NCBI GenBank assembly: GCA_949293905.1
Contig: CASFFG010000001.1
Span: forward strand, 64,461 to 128,460
Source of the DNA: an uncultured Christensenella sp.
Lineage (GTDB): Bacteria; Bacillota; Clostridia; Christensenellales; UBA1242
DNA length: 64,000 nucleotides
Direction: 5' to 3'
Shown here: positions 47,270-57,452 of the stretch, piece after piece
How positions within the stretch are numbered: the stretch's first letter is position 1
Layout: the number at the start of each line of letters is the position of its first letter
Position numbers and translations under genes: made by a program
The notes under the pieces: generated by a model
What the model saw: the letters and a program-made list of their open reading frames with translations, nothing else
Told to the model about the DNA's origin: nothing
Databases searched by the model: none

Positions 47270-47298
47270 GACAAAAAAAGCAGTTTTCTAAACTGCTT
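47270..47298 (-). terminator. proS terminator
   Basis: Stem GCAGTT/AACTGC followed by a T-run on the minus strand. Confidence 0.65.
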
Positions 47299-47299
47299 T

Positions 47300-48733
47300 T
47301 TAATATTGTTTTCCAAAGTATAAGCGATACTTACTCTTCTTCCCGCAATATATACATTTATGATTTTCATCATATGAGTGAATTACACGAGCGGTGATGG
47401 TTGTCTTTTCCTTAATTTCTCTCTCGCAATTTGAGTCTCCACAATGATAAGCCAATGCTACCTTTTTATTATTTACTTCATTAACTAGTTCATTAAAATC
47501 TTCCGTTTCTACGATAGAAGAATTTAAATTGTCTTCCGCTTGCTTTAACATATTTGATTGAATTTCTTTTAATAAATCATCAACTTCTACGGCTAAATTA
47601 TTTAAATTTAATTGTATTTTTTCATGAGTATCTCTTCTAACTGCGGTTGCAACTCCATTTTCAATATCGCGAGGTCCAACTTCAAGGCGTAAAGGAACAC
47701 CCTTCATTTCGTATTCATTAAATTTCCAACCAGGAGTATTATTTGAATTATCAAATTTTACGCGTATGCCAGCATTTGATAGTTCTTCTTTAATATTTTC
47801 ACACTTTTCTAAAACACCGTCTACTTTACTGGCTATTGGAATTAAAGCAACCTGAATAGGTGCAATATTTGGAGGCATTCTTAGTCCGCGTTCATCTCCA
47901 TGCACCATTACTAGAGCGCCTATTAGACGAGTACTGACTCCCCAACTGGTAGAATATCCGTACTCCAAGACTCCGTCTTTGTTTAAAAATCTAATATCGC
48001 TCGCTTTAGCAAAATTTTGTCCTAGATTATGAGATGTGCCCGCTTGCAAACATTTTCCGTCTTTCATTACTGCTTCCATTCCATATGTTTCTACAGCACC
48101 TGCAAATTTCTCATTTTCCGTCTTTTTGCCCGTGAGCGTAGGGATAGCCATTAAGTTGCGCAGGCAATTTTTATATACATTAAGCATAGTTTGAGTGTCG
48201 CGAACCGCATCTTCCATGCTCGCTTGCACTGTGTGCCCTTCTTGCCACAAAAATTCACTGGTACGAAGGAAAGGACGAGTCGTTTTCTCCCATCTAACTA
48301 CATTGCACCACTGATTCATTACTACTGGCAAATCACGATATGACTTAATCCACTTTGAGTACATGGCACAGATTATTGTCTCACTAGTTGGTCGAATAAT
48401 GAGTTTTTCATTTAACTCTTCCCCGCCTGCATAAGTTACAACAGCAACCTCGGGCGCAAAACCTTCTACATGTTCTGCTTCCTTTTTTAAATAACTTTCA
48501 GGTATGAACATAGGGAAATACGCGTTTTGTACGCCTAATTTTTTAAATTCAGTGTCTAGATAGTGTTGAATATTCTCCCAGATAGCATAGCCATACGGTT
48601 TAATAACCATAGTGCCCTTAACTGGACCATAATCAACCATATCCGTCTTTAAAATAACATCAGTATACCACTGAGCGAAATCCGTATTAATGTCTGCAAT
48701 ATTATTTACAAATTGTTTATCTTGTTTAGCCAT
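47300..48733 (-). CDS. proS: Prolyl-tRNA synthetase (short archaeal/eukaryote-like type with a C-terminal Zn-binding domain)
   Basis: 477 aa with class II motifs. No bacterial-type INS editing domain. Confidence 0.9.
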   Translation of the reverse strand: MAKQDKQFVNNIADINTDFAQWYTDVILKTDMVDYGPVKGTMVIKPYGYAIWENIQHYLDTEFKKLGVQNAYFPMFIPESYLKKEAEHVEGFAPEVAVVTYAGGEELNEKLIIRPTSETIICAMYSKWIKSYRDLPVVMNQWCNVVRWEKTTRPFLRTSEFLWQEGHTVQASMEDAVRDTQTMLNVYKNCLRNLMAIPTLTGKKTENEKFAGAVETYGMEAVMKDGKCLQAGTSHNLGQNFAKASDIRFLNKDGVLEYGYSTSWGVSTRLIGALVMVHGDERGLRMPPNIAPIQVALIPIASKVDGVLEKCENIKEELSNAGIRVKFDNSNNTPGWKFNEYEMKGVPLRLEVGPRDIENGVATAVRRDTHEKIQLNLNNLAVEVDDLLKEIQSNMLKQAEDNLNSSIVETEDFNELVNEVNNKKVALAYHCGDSNCEREIKEKTTITARVIHSYDENHKCIYCGKKSKYRLYFGKQY

Positions 48734-48929
48734 TATCTTCGTCCTTTTCTTCTTTTTTCATTTCTTTCTTAATCATTATAATCTTTCCTTTCGCTTTTTC
48801 CAACTCTTTTAAGCAAGATTTTGCGAGTTTGCACCCTTCTTCATATAGTTTTAAACTTTCATCAAGAGTAGTCCCATTTCCCAAAATCTTGGCGATTTCT
48901 TCAAGTCTTTTTATATTTTTCTCTATCAT
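48726..48929 (-). CDS. xseB: Exodeoxyribonuclease VII small subunit
   Basis: LEEIAKILGNG..LDESLKLYEEG pattern. Follows xseA. Confidence 0.85.
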   Translation of the reverse strand: MIEKNIKRLEEIAKILGNGTTLDESLKLYEEGCKLAKSCLKELEKAKGKIIMIKKEMKKEEKDEDNG

Positions 48930-50095
48930 AAATTCTCCTTACTTTTTACTTCCGCTTTTAGTTTTAATGAATTTGTCCTAATATCTACCACATCTCCTAG
49001 TTTTACATTGTTGCTTATCGGCTTATCGTTTAGCGATACATATGAGTATCCCGACTTTAAAATTTTTACTGGATTTAGTCTATCTAGTGTATTTAATAAA
49101 ATATCTACCTTGTATCTAGCGGTGTCAACCGAATTGTCCATTGCCCTATCTACTTTATCAATAATGGAATTTAAATATAAAATTTGGTCATTTACTAGAG
49201 TTGACATCTCATGTTCAATATCAGCAGTAAGTAAACTAACATTGTCTGTATATTCTCTTAGCATACTATCTATTTTATTTTGGATAGACAAAAATATGTC
49301 TTTAACATATCTAATTAAATCTGCATTATTGTAAGTTACGAGTTCAGCGGCGGCACTTGGTGTTGGTGCGCGTAAATCGGCAACAAAATCAAGTATGCTA
49401 AAATCAGTTTCATGCCCGACTGCGCTAATTAATGGTGTATTACAAATGTAGGCTATGCGCGCGAGTTTTTCATCATTAAACGGCATTAAGTCTTCTAAAC
49501 TCCCACCACCACGGGCGACAATGATTACATCTACATCGGAAAAATTATCAAAATAATTGATACCTTCTATAACCTGCTCAACTGCAAGATTTCCTTGTAC
49601 TTGTGCGTCATAGACATATATATTAAGATTAGGATTTCTTCTCAGTGCTATATTTTTTATATCCTGCAACACCGCGCCAGTTTTACTTGTGACCACCCCT
49701 ATTGATTTAATAAATTTAGGCAGTGGAATTTTATGTTCTTCGTCAAACAGCCCTTCAGCACTTAACTTTTCCTTCATCTCAAGGAATTTCTTGTATAGTT
49801 CGCCCTGCCCGCAAAGTTCAATTGTAAGTGCATTAAACGAGAGTTTACCCATTTTAGCGTAATATTTTATATTACCCTTACACTGCACCGAATCGCCAAT
49901 TTTGAACTCTTTTTTTGCGCCGAATTGAATACATGAGAGCATTGTCTCATTATCTTTTAGTGTAAAATATGCGATACCTCGCGTAATAGAAAAACTAGAC
50001 AACTCGCCAGTGACCATAATATCTTCTAAAATGACTTCGTTGTCTACTAAATCTTTAATTATTCTATTAACTTGGCTAACGGTAAATACTTTCAT
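48926..50095 (-). CDS. xseA: Exodeoxyribonuclease VII large subunit
   Basis: N-terminal OB fold, catalytic ARGGGSLEDL and C-terminal coiled coil. Confidence 0.9.
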   Translation of the reverse strand: MKVFTVSQVNRIIKDLVDNEVILEDIMVTGELSSFSITRGIAYFTLKDNETMLSCIQFGAKKEFKIGDSVQCKGNIKYYAKMGKLSFNALTIELCGQGELYKKFLEMKEKLSAEGLFDEEHKIPLPKFIKSIGVVTSKTGAVLQDIKNIALRRNPNLNIYVYDAQVQGNLAVEQVIEGINYFDNFSDVDVIIVARGGGSLEDLMPFNDEKLARIAYICNTPLISAVGHETDFSILDFVADLRAPTPSAAAELVTYNNADLIRYVKDIFLSIQNKIDSMLREYTDNVSLLTADIEHEMSTLVNDQILYLNSIIDKVDRAMDNSVDTARYKVDILLNTLDRLNPVKILKSGYSYVSLNDKPISNNVKLGDVVDIRTNSLKLKAEVKSKENL

Positions 50096-50098
50096 TAA

Positions 50099-50479
50099 TT
50101 ATTTAATATCTTTTACAATATCGGCTAAAACTCCGTTTACGAATTTTGGGCTCTTGTCTGTCGAGAACTTTTTAGCAAGTTCGACTGCTTCATTTATAAT
50201 AACTTCTTTTGGGTTTTCCTTAATATATTTCAATTCAATTAGTGCAACAATGATAATTGCTAAATCAATTTTATATACCCTATCAATAGTATATCCTTTC
50301 AAATGAGCGGAAATTAAATCGTTAATCTCAGTATAGTGAAGGGCAAAATTCTCTAATATTTTTTTAGTAAATTCCAAGCCAACTTGGTCAGCGTTAGAAA
50401 AAATATCTTCTTCACTTGGATTAAAAAATTTTGAATAGATAGTTTTAAATGCAAGTTCGCGCATTTCAGTGCGTTTCAT
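50099..50479 (-). CDS. nusB: Transcription antitermination factor NusB
   Basis: R(E)LAFK..Y N-terminus and VNGVL C-terminal motif. Confidence 0.9.
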   Translation of the reverse strand: MKRTEMRELAFKTIYSKFFNPSEEDIFSNADQVGLEFTKKILENFALHYTEINDLISAHLKGYTIDRVYKIDLAIIIVALIELKYIKENPKEVIINEAVELAKKFSTDKSPKFVNGVLADIVKDIK

Positions 50480-50511
50480 CTTTCCCTCCTAACGACAAAA
50501 ACTCTCTCGTA

Positions 50512-50868
50512 TTAGAGAGAATTTTTATCTGCGTCCATTATATGAACATTAATTGCTTTTATTGTAATAGGTAGTAGCGATGTTATACTATTTTTAACAT
50601 TTTGCTGAATATGGTATACCACATCGCTGACTTCACAATCTACATCTACAACTACATAGATATCAATTAATATTCCTAGATTAGTATATTTAATCTTAAC
50701 ACCTTTCCCTATATTTCGATTAAATAACTTTTTAAAACTAAGTTTAGTAGGCTGATAAACATCTATAACGCCCTTAATTTCCTTTGTTGCAAGGCTAACG
50801 ATAGACACTACCATGCTCTTATTTATATATGTATTATTATCCCCATTTATATTTTTTAATTGTGCCAT
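50512..50868 (-). CDS. Asp23/Gls24-family alkaline shock protein
   Basis: Size and position (between the spoIIIA operon and nusB, as yqhY in B. subtilis). Asp23-like pattern. Confidence 0.75.
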   Translation of the reverse strand: MAQLKNINGDNNTYINKSMVVSIVSLATKEIKGVIDVYQPTKLSFKKLFNRNIGKGVKIKYTNLGILIDIYVVVDVDCEVSDVVYHIQQNVKNSITSLLPITIKAINVHIMDADKNSL

Positions 50869-50917
50869 AACTTAAATTCCTCTATCGTATTATATCACAA
50901 TTAAATAAATTTAGCAA

Positions 50918-51403
50918 TTATTCTGACGGTATAATAATGATTTTATCAATTTCTACTCCAAGTTGTTCTGTCACTATTGATGTAATTTGAGCGACTTCTG
51001 CCTTTTCTAGTTCTGCACTCTGGACGAATACATTTACATTATTTGTTGACATTGTCACTATCGCATCGCTAAAACCTTTCCCGCGAATAATTCCTTCGGT
51101 CACTAATTCTTTTTCCATTTGGGAGATTAGCGCTAATTTGTTATCTTCTGCTTCTTGTTTTGCTTCTTCACTAGAAGATGTGCTAGCAATTATTGAGTCG
51201 TAGAACTGAATCTCTTGTGTTCTAGTGGCTTCGCGCTCGGTTCGGTAGGTTGTGTAAAAATTTGCCGATGTCGTACTAGTTGTTGTACTACCGCCACTAG
51301 ATATTGTATTATTTAATGCAACATTAACATACCCTGTAATTAAAAGTAATGCTATCATAGCCGAAATTATAACGATTTTTTTCTTTTTTGACATAGTTTT
51401 CAT
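50918..51403 (-). CDS. spoIIIAH: Stage III sporulation protein AH
   Basis: N-terminal TM segment. FYTTYRTERE and the C-terminal YscJ-like part resemble SpoIIIAH. Last gene of the operon. Confidence 0.85.
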   Translation of the reverse strand: MKTMSKKKKIVIISAMIALLLITGYVNVALNNTISSGGSTTTSTTSANFYTTYRTEREATRTQEIQFYDSIIASTSSSEEAKQEAEDNKLALISQMEKELVTEGIIRGKGFSDAIVTMSTNNVNVFVQSAELEKAEVAQITSIVTEQLGVEIDKIIIIPSE

Positions 51404-51411
51404 AATCCCTC

Positions 51412-51861
51412 CTAATCACTTGATAAAATCTCTATATTTCCATTTTTTACATCTATCACTGCTTCTACAGCGTGTAGAATTTTCATCTTAGTTGCTGTAT
51501 CGCTCGCTCCACTAGCGGTTATAATCACTCCTTTTATCTCTGGGAAATTCTCTATTGTTATTTTAGAGTCAGTAACCGTTGATTCGCTCATGTTAAGTGT
51601 TATCATCACTTTTACATTTGATACACCCCCTATGTTAGACAATATGTCTTGTAAATTATTTTCTAAATCTTCGACATATGCTGTGATAGTTAATTCGTTC
51701 GTGCTTTGTGAGTCGTCTGTGCTTGTCCCATTAGATGAAATGTTCGACATATAGATGAGAAGTAATATTACAATAAATATTATGGCGACATAGACTTCAA
51801 TATGCTTAATATTTTTGAGTTTAGCGAGCCATTTAATAGTTTTTTTCTCTTTCTCATTCAT
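51412..51861 (-). CDS. spoIIIAG: Stage III sporulation protein AG
   Basis: Operon position. EIKGVIITASGA motif. Confidence 0.85.
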   Translation of the reverse strand: MNEKEKKTIKWLAKLKNIKHIEVYVAIIFIVILLLIYMSNISSNGTSTDDSQSTNELTITAYVEDLENNLQDILSNIGGVSNVKVMITLNMSESTVTDSKITIENFPEIKGVIITASGASDTATKMKILHAVEAVIDVKNGNIEILSSD

Positions 51862-52330
51862 GAAATTTTATCTCCTCGTTACCTAAAGTCGAATACTTAT
51901 TCACGGTTTCACTAATGAATTCATACTTATTTATATGCGACTTGTCCGGCGAAATTTCCGCATTTTCTAAAAAAACTTCACATGAAATAATAATTAATTC
52001 GTTAGATTCTACCGAATAAGTAATTTTTATGTCGATATTTTTAAATCCGTTTTCACTTAGGTCATTCTCAATTGAACTTTCTATCGCTCGTATGCGCTCG
52101 GAGAATATGTAATTAGTTATATTTTCCTGTACTTCATATTCTTCGAAATTTAAATTTATCTCCTTATTTGAATTAATAAAATTTATCAGCGGACTTAAAA
52201 TTACGGCGACAACAAATATAGAGAAAATGCTTTTTACATACTTATTTATACCCCCCGACGGAAGAATTATATCTATGACTATCCCGCAGATAACTATGCC
52301 TAATATACTTAATATATATCCACTCATCAC
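51854..52330 (-). CDS. spoIIIAF: Stage III sporulation protein AF
   Basis: Operon position. Two N-terminal TM helices. Confidence 0.8.
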   Translation of the reverse strand: MMSGYILSILGIVICGIVIDIILPSGGINKYVKSIFSIFVVAVILSPLINFINSNKEINLNFEEYEVQENITNYIFSERIRAIESSIENDLSENGFKNIDIKITYSVESNELIIISCEVFLENAEISPDKSHINKYEFISETVNKYSTLGNEEIKFHE

Positions 52331-53553
52331 ACCACCACATTTGCCGTAGTCATAGCAAGTCCTATAGAAATAAGATACATGAACCCTATCGCTATAATTG
52401 CGCTGGATAGCATGGTTATTGATTTTGATGTTGACATTAAGAAGTTTGAAGTCTTGCTATTTCCCATAGGTTGCAAAATTGCAGAAACTAGTTTTAATAG
52501 TAAACTGAATACTACTATTTCAAGCAACGGCGAGATTATAGTTGAAATTATTAGTAAAATCCCAACAAGCCCTACCGAATTTTTTATTAAGATTGTACTT
52601 GACAAAATTAAATCCATACCGTCTGAAAGATACCCTCCCATGACAGGGATATAACTTTTTATTGTATATTTTGTAGTTCTAATACTAAGACTATCAAAAC
52701 TACCTGCGCTTATACCTTGTATTGTAAATACCGCGAAAAACAAGGTGAAAACTAATCCAACACACCACTTGAAAAGGCTGGATATAAAACTATTAAACTT
52801 ATCTAGTTTTATATTATTGCTAAGGTTAGTAATTAGACCGAAAACAAAACTAATAGTAAATAAAGGAATTATTATATATGAAAAGAAATCGGCTGTGTAT
52901 GTTGATATTATTGACACTACTGGTTGAAAAATCCCCACGCTTGCGTTCGCTCCAAGTCCTATCATAAGAGCAAGAATAATTGGGAAAAGCACATTGATTT
53001 GACTAACCATGTTATTAACAGATTTTGTTGTTAGCGTACTCAGGCTGGTTATCATACCAATAATTAGCACGGCGACAGCCAAAAAACAAACTAAGTGTAT
53101 TAAGTCGCCTGTTGATTTTTCGTTAAATTTGCTCTTTATACCACCCAATAAATTAGATATTACGCCAATCGCTACGACAAGAGATAAAAGTGGTATGTAC
53201 TTTAAAATCATCTCAATAAACATTGAAAATATGCTTGCAAAAAATGATGAGTACGAGAGTGCATTTTCTCCTGATAAAATTGAGTAAACTTTATCTTTAA
53301 TGTTTTCTATTGAAAATATATTTGTTTGATTTTCGTTCAACTCTGCTATTATTGCGTTGAAACCCGAGAAATCGATTTCGTTTAATTCTTCTATCACACT
53401 CGAGTTTAACTCTTCGCTAATTTCTTCCAACTCATTATTAGATGAGCAAAACACTTCTAATGGAGAGATTATTGAAAATAATGATATTAAGAGCACTAAT
53501 GCAATTAATGTTGCACGATTAAATCGTCCCTTTTTTAAAATCATGGTCTTCAT
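52327..53553 (-). CDS. spoIIIAE: Stage III sporulation protein AE
   Basis: Signal sequence plus a polytopic membrane protein of about 400 aa. Operon position. Confidence 0.85.
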   Translation of the reverse strand: MKTMILKKGRFNRATLIALVLLISLFSIISPLEVFCSSNNELEEISEELNSSVIEELNEIDFSGFNAIIAELNENQTNIFSIENIKDKVYSILSGENALSYSSFFASIFSMFIEMILKYIPLLSLVVAIGVISNLLGGIKSKFNEKSTGDLIHLVCFLAVAVLIIGMITSLSTLTTKSVNNMVSQINVLFPIILALMIGLGANASVGIFQPVVSIISTYTADFFSYIIIPLFTISFVFGLITNLSNNIKLDKFNSFISSLFKWCVGLVFTLFFAVFTIQGISAGSFDSLSIRTTKYTIKSYIPVMGGYLSDGMDLILSSTILIKNSVGLVGILLIISTIISPLLEIVVFSLLLKLVSAILQPMGNSKTSNFLMSTSKSITMLSSAIIAIGFMYLISIGLAMTTANVVV

Positions 53554-53936
53554 AATAGCGCCACCACCATATCTATAACATTAGTGATTATTGGTAACGC
53601 AAGAAGAAGAATAATGAGTTTCGCTACAAATAAAATCTTATCCGCTATACTACTCGCTCCTGCATCTACGCAAATATTCGCGCTAAATTCAGCCAGGTAT
53701 CCTATCGCAATGATTTTAAATAGCGGAGTTAAAAGTGCAGTATTTACATTAGTTGACGAAAAAATAGCATAAAAAGAAGATATGACAGTGGTTAGTGTAT
53801 CGACTGCCATGATTATTATTAATACACTGCCTGCGATTGAAATAAATACCGCTATCTCTGGGCGCGTCTGTTTGACTAACATGTGTGCAAAAACGGTTAT
53901 CAATCCCACCGCTATAATCTTTATTAATTCGGTCAT
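53550..53936 (-). CDS. spoIIIAD: Stage III sporulation protein AD
   Basis: 128-aa 4-TM protein. Operon position. Confidence 0.85.
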   Translation of the reverse strand: MTELIKIIAVGLITVFAHMLVKQTRPEIAVFISIAGSVLIIIMAVDTLTTVISSFYAIFSSTNVNTALLTPLFKIIAIGYLAEFSANICVDAGASSIADKILFVAKLIILLLALPIITNVIDMVVALL

Positions 53937-53942
53937 AATCTC

Positions 53943-54131
53943 CTAAAAATTAAATAACGCTCGCACTGTGTCGAACAAATCACGTACTAAATCGATAACC
54001 ATGAGTAAACTAATTATTAGTCCCGCCAATGTAGTAATTGATGCAATTTCTTCCTTACCGCAATATTTTAAAATTTGATTTACAATAGATGTAATTAGAC
54101 CTATGCCCGCAAGTTTAAATATGATTTCCAT
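53943..54131 (-). CDS. spoIIIAC: Stage III sporulation protein AC
   Basis: 62-aa 2-TM protein. Operon position. Confidence 0.85.
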   Translation of the reverse strand: MEIIFKLAGIGLITSIVNQILKYCGKEEIASITTLAGLIISLLMVIDLVRDLFDTVRALFNF

Positions 54132-54140
54132 AAAATCCCC

Positions 54141-54614
54141 CTAAATTAAAATTATAGATAAAGCAAGTGCGAAAAGTAAGGATAGTTTTATTATCATTGG
54201 ACATAGTTTTTGCTTGTCCTGTTTGGCGATTTCTAATTTACCTTCAAGTGAAAACAAAAATGAATCGACCTGCTTAATTTCGTTTTCCGCGTTATATTTG
54301 CCTATATTCTTTACTATTGAAAGCAATTCATTTTTTTCATCATCATCTAGAATTTTGATTTTAGATATATCTAAATTGTTGGTTTTTAAGTATGACTTAT
54401 ATTCTTCAATAAAGATTTTAAATTGTTTTTTTGATTTTACATTTTCTAAAAATTCGCCAATTTTATTTTGGTTAAATGATAAATTTATTTTAAATTGCTT
54501 TAAAAACTCGCAAAGATTGGAATAAAAATCAAATTTTTCATTATACTGCTCTACTACCGCACGAGCAATTAGCATTATTACGCTGATTAATATCGCAATT
54601 AATATCCATTTCAT
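54141..54614 (-). CDS. spoIIIAB: Stage III sporulation protein AB
   Basis: Operon position. TM segments at both ends. Confidence 0.8.
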   Translation of the reverse strand: MKWILIAILISVIMLIARAVVEQYNEKFDFYSNLCEFLKQFKINLSFNQNKIGEFLENVKSKKQFKIFIEEYKSYLKTNNLDISKIKILDDDEKNELLSIVKNIGKYNAENEIKQVDSFLFSLEGKLEIAKQDKQKLCPMIIKLSLLFALALSIILI

Positions 54615-54616
54615 AT

Positions 54617-55540
54617 TTACCTACAATAAATACAATTCAGTTTTTCGTCATAAATATTTTTTAATGTTCCCGGGCCTTCATCACTAGACAATACAATATA
54701 TCTAGAGAAAAATTTTTCATCTAAAATTTTATCAAAATTTGCCTTGCGTTTTAACTGGTTTATGTCCTTTGCGTGAATTGTTGCGATTACGCTCACTCCT
54801 GAATTGATTGCTTCAATAATACAATCTAGGTCATTATCTAAATCCAATTCGTCAGTTACTATAACATCTGGACGCATGCTCCTAATTCCATTTTTAAAAG
54901 CAAATTTTTTACTACAATTTGTGGATATATCAACAAAACCACCTATATCTAGTGCAGGCTCTCCATTTACAACCGAACAAATTTCATTTCTCTCGTCCGC
55001 GACAAGCACATTTTTTGCTAAGTTATGTGAATACAGTTGATAGATAAAATCGCGGATAAAAGTCGTTTTACCCGCTCCAGGTGGAGATATGATTAAACAA
55101 TTTTTTACATCGCTATCTACCATAAATTCATAGGCTGGCAAACTGCAATTCTTAACAATATGTGGTATTCGTATATTTAACGCTTGGAACTCTTTAATCG
55201 TCACGATTTTATTCCCATCTGTAACAATATTCCCACACAGTCCAACTCTAATGCCCTTAGGTAGCGTTATGTATCCGTTAATAATGTTTTCATTATACGC
55301 ATAGATTGAATTTTCGCTCGCCCGCTTAATAAAGTTTTCTATCATGAGAGTGTTACATTTTACGAATTCACCACTTTCGTCCTTTAAATAGAATTTTTTA
55401 TTCCTTACAACTATTATTAAATTTTCATTCGCGCGCATGCGAATTTCGGTTATATCATTAAAACTGAAATTTTTTATAATCAAGTTATATATATCTCTAT
55501 CTAAATATTCTTTTAACATACATAAAATTATTAATTGCAA
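54617..55540 (-). CDS. spoIIIAA: Stage III sporulation protein AA (secretion-type ATPase)
   Basis: Walker A SPPGAGKTT and Walker B VIVTDEL. First gene of the operon. Confidence 0.9.
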   Translation of the reverse strand: MQLIILCMLKEYLDRDIYNLIIKNFSFNDITEIRMRANENLIIVVRNKKFYLKDESGEFVKCNTLMIENFIKRASENSIYAYNENIINGYITLPKGIRVGLCGNIVTDGNKIVTIKEFQALNIRIPHIVKNCSLPAYEFMVDSDVKNCLIISPPGAGKTTFIRDFIYQLYSHNLAKNVLVADERNEICSVVNGEPALDIGGFVDISTNCSKKFAFKNGIRSMRPDVIVTDELDLDNDLDCIIEAINSGVSVIATIHAKDINQLKRKANFDKILDEKFFSRYIVLSSDEGPGTLKNIYDEKLNCIYCR

Positions 55541-55605
55541 CTAATTAAAATGCATAAAAAAAATCAATACTGCAATAGTATCGATTTTTCGCTAAAATTT
55601 TTAAA

Positions 55606-56184
55606 TTATAAACGCTCCATATATTCGCCAGTACGAGTATCCACTCTAACTCTATCGCCTTCGTTAACGAATAGTGGAACTTGGATAACATAACCTGTTT
55701 CCAAAGTTGCAGGTTTTCCGCCTGTCTTTACAGTATCGCCACGAACACCTGGTTCTGTCTTAGTTATCGTCAACTCAACAAAAATAGGTGGTTCTACGCT
55801 AATTGGTTGCCCATTATAGAATTGAACATTACAATTTGTATTTTCTACAACAAAATTAAGTGCGTCTTTAACTGTTTCATAGTTAAACGGAATCTGGTCA
55901 TATGTGTCATTATCCATGAAATAGTATAGTCCTCCCTCGTTGTAAAGATACATCATTTCTTTGCGCTCAATGCTAATGTCATTAATTTTTTCGGAAGGGT
56001 TATATGTTCTCTCAATTACCTTTCCTGTTAAAACATTCTTCAATGTCGTACGAACGAACGCTGCTCCTTTACCTGGTTTTACATGTTGGAAGTCAACTAC
56101 CAAATATAAACTAGGTTTTTTAGGGTCGGTAGAACTCCCATCGTCAAATATTACACCTTTTCTAATATCTCCTGCTGTTATCAT
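55606..56184 (-). CDS. efp: Elongation factor P
   Basis: [18 protein letters not shown] motif. Confidence 0.95.
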   Translation of the reverse strand: MITAGDIRKGVIFDDGSSTDPKKPSLYLVVDFQHVKPGKGAAFVRTTLKNVLTGKVIERTYNPSEKINDISIERKEMMYLYNEGGLYYFMDNDTYDQIPFNYETVKDALNFVVENTNCNVQFYNGQPISVEPPIFVELTITKTEPGVRGDTVKTGGKPATLETGYVIQVPLFVNEGDRVRVDTRTGEYMERL

Positions 56185-56239
56185 TTATATCTCCTTAGTT
56201 TTGCATATTATAGCATATATTTTAGTTTTTTTCAATCTA

Positions 56240-57106
56240 TTATAACAAGTAAATTTCCATTTTTGCCATAAAATTACTAATTTTTAATATAGCGCAAGCG
56301 TCTTCTTTACTATTTAATAGATAATATCCGTTTGGATAGTTAAGATTTAAAACTTGGCCATTTAAAAGTTTTTCTGTCTGTTTCTCGTCCAAATCTAAAA
56401 CTTTTAAATCTAGGCAGTCTCTAATTTTTAATATTTTATCTTGAATATTTGTTTTATCTAATTCGTCAATTTCATGCGAGTCTTTAAGCGAAAATTTACC
56501 GATATTTGTTCGAACTAAATTGGTCATAGTAGCACATGAATTAAGTTCTGTCGCAATATCTCTCCCAATTGAACGAATATAAGTGCCACTCCCACATGTT
56601 ATATTTAGTGTTAGTTCTCCGTCAGCGTATGAAACTATATCAATACTCTCGATTTTTACTATTTTTGGCTTTAACTCAAAATCGATGTTTTCACGCGCTA
56701 AATCATACGCACGCTTACCATTGATTGACTTAGCACTATATTTTGGTGGAACTTGCTCAATATCGCCTATAAATTTTGGCAAGACAGACTCAATCTCATT
56801 TCTTGTTGGGATATTTGGACTTGTTGCAACTATTTTACCCGTTATATCTAGAGTATCAGTTGATAAACCAAACTTGAATGTTGCTAGATAAGTTTTACTC
56901 TTTTCTTGCATGAAATCAAATAATTTCGTTGCTTTCCCTATCGTTACAAGAAGTAAACCGGTTGCCATAGGGTCGAGTGTCCCCAAATGCCCCACTTTCT
57001 TAATGTTTAATAAATGCTTAACCTTATTAACAACATCAAAACTAGTCCAATCCTTTGGCTTGTTTATAGGTAAAATACCTTTAATCATCGCTAGGTTCTT
57101 CTCCAT
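56240..57106 (-). CDS. truB: tRNA pseudouridine-55 synthase TruB
   Basis: GHLGTLDPMATG catalytic motif. Confidence 0.9.
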   Translation of the reverse strand: MEKNLAMIKGILPINKPKDWTSFDVVNKVKHLLNIKKVGHLGTLDPMATGLLLVTIGKATKLFDFMQEKSKTYLATFKFGLSTDTLDITGKIVATSPNIPTRNEIESVLPKFIGDIEQVPPKYSAKSINGKRAYDLARENIDFELKPKIVKIESIDIVSYADGELTLNITCGSGTYIRSIGRDIATELNSCATMTNLVRTNIGKFSLKDSHEIDELDKTNIQDKILKIRDCLDLKVLDLDEKQTEKLLNGQVLNLNYPNGYYLLNSKEDACAILKISNFMAKMEIYLL

Positions 57107-57452
57107 CAGTCGAATATTTAATAGTTTTTAATATATTATCAATCTTGTTACCATACTCAATAGAACTATCTTTATAAAATTCAAGGCGTGGAGTAACTCT
57201 AAGTTTAATGCGTTTAGATACTTCCCCACGGATAAATCCTCCTGCACCTTTAATTCGGGCTAAAACTTCGTCAGGTGGGGTATTTCCTATTGAACTAATA
57301 TAAACTCGTGCATGCGCTAAATCTGGTGTAGTATCAACGCTAGTTACACTAATTATTGCGTCTATCTGCGGATCCCTAAGTTCAGTAGCAATAATGTTGT
57401 TTATGACTTTTTCAAGTTCACTATTAATGCGCTCTAATCGAATACTTTTCAT
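57081..57452 (-). CDS. rbfA: Ribosome-binding factor A
   Basis: R...ELEKVINNII...ITSV-type pattern. infB-rbfA-truB synteny. Confidence 0.9.
   Translation of the reverse strand: MKSIRLERINSELEKVINNIIATELRDPQIDAIISVTSVDTTPDLAHARVYISSIGNTPPDEVLARIKGAGGFIRGEVSKRIKLRVTPRLEFYKDSSIEYGNKIDNILKTIKYSTDGEEPSDD

Noticed and set aside
55606-56184. Seven-residue insertion in the EF-P N-terminal hairpin ([12 protein letters not shown]), and the Q/N-rich N-terminus of IF-2
   Set aside because: These are ordinary lineage-specific length variation in loops and linkers. There is no evidence of functional novelty.
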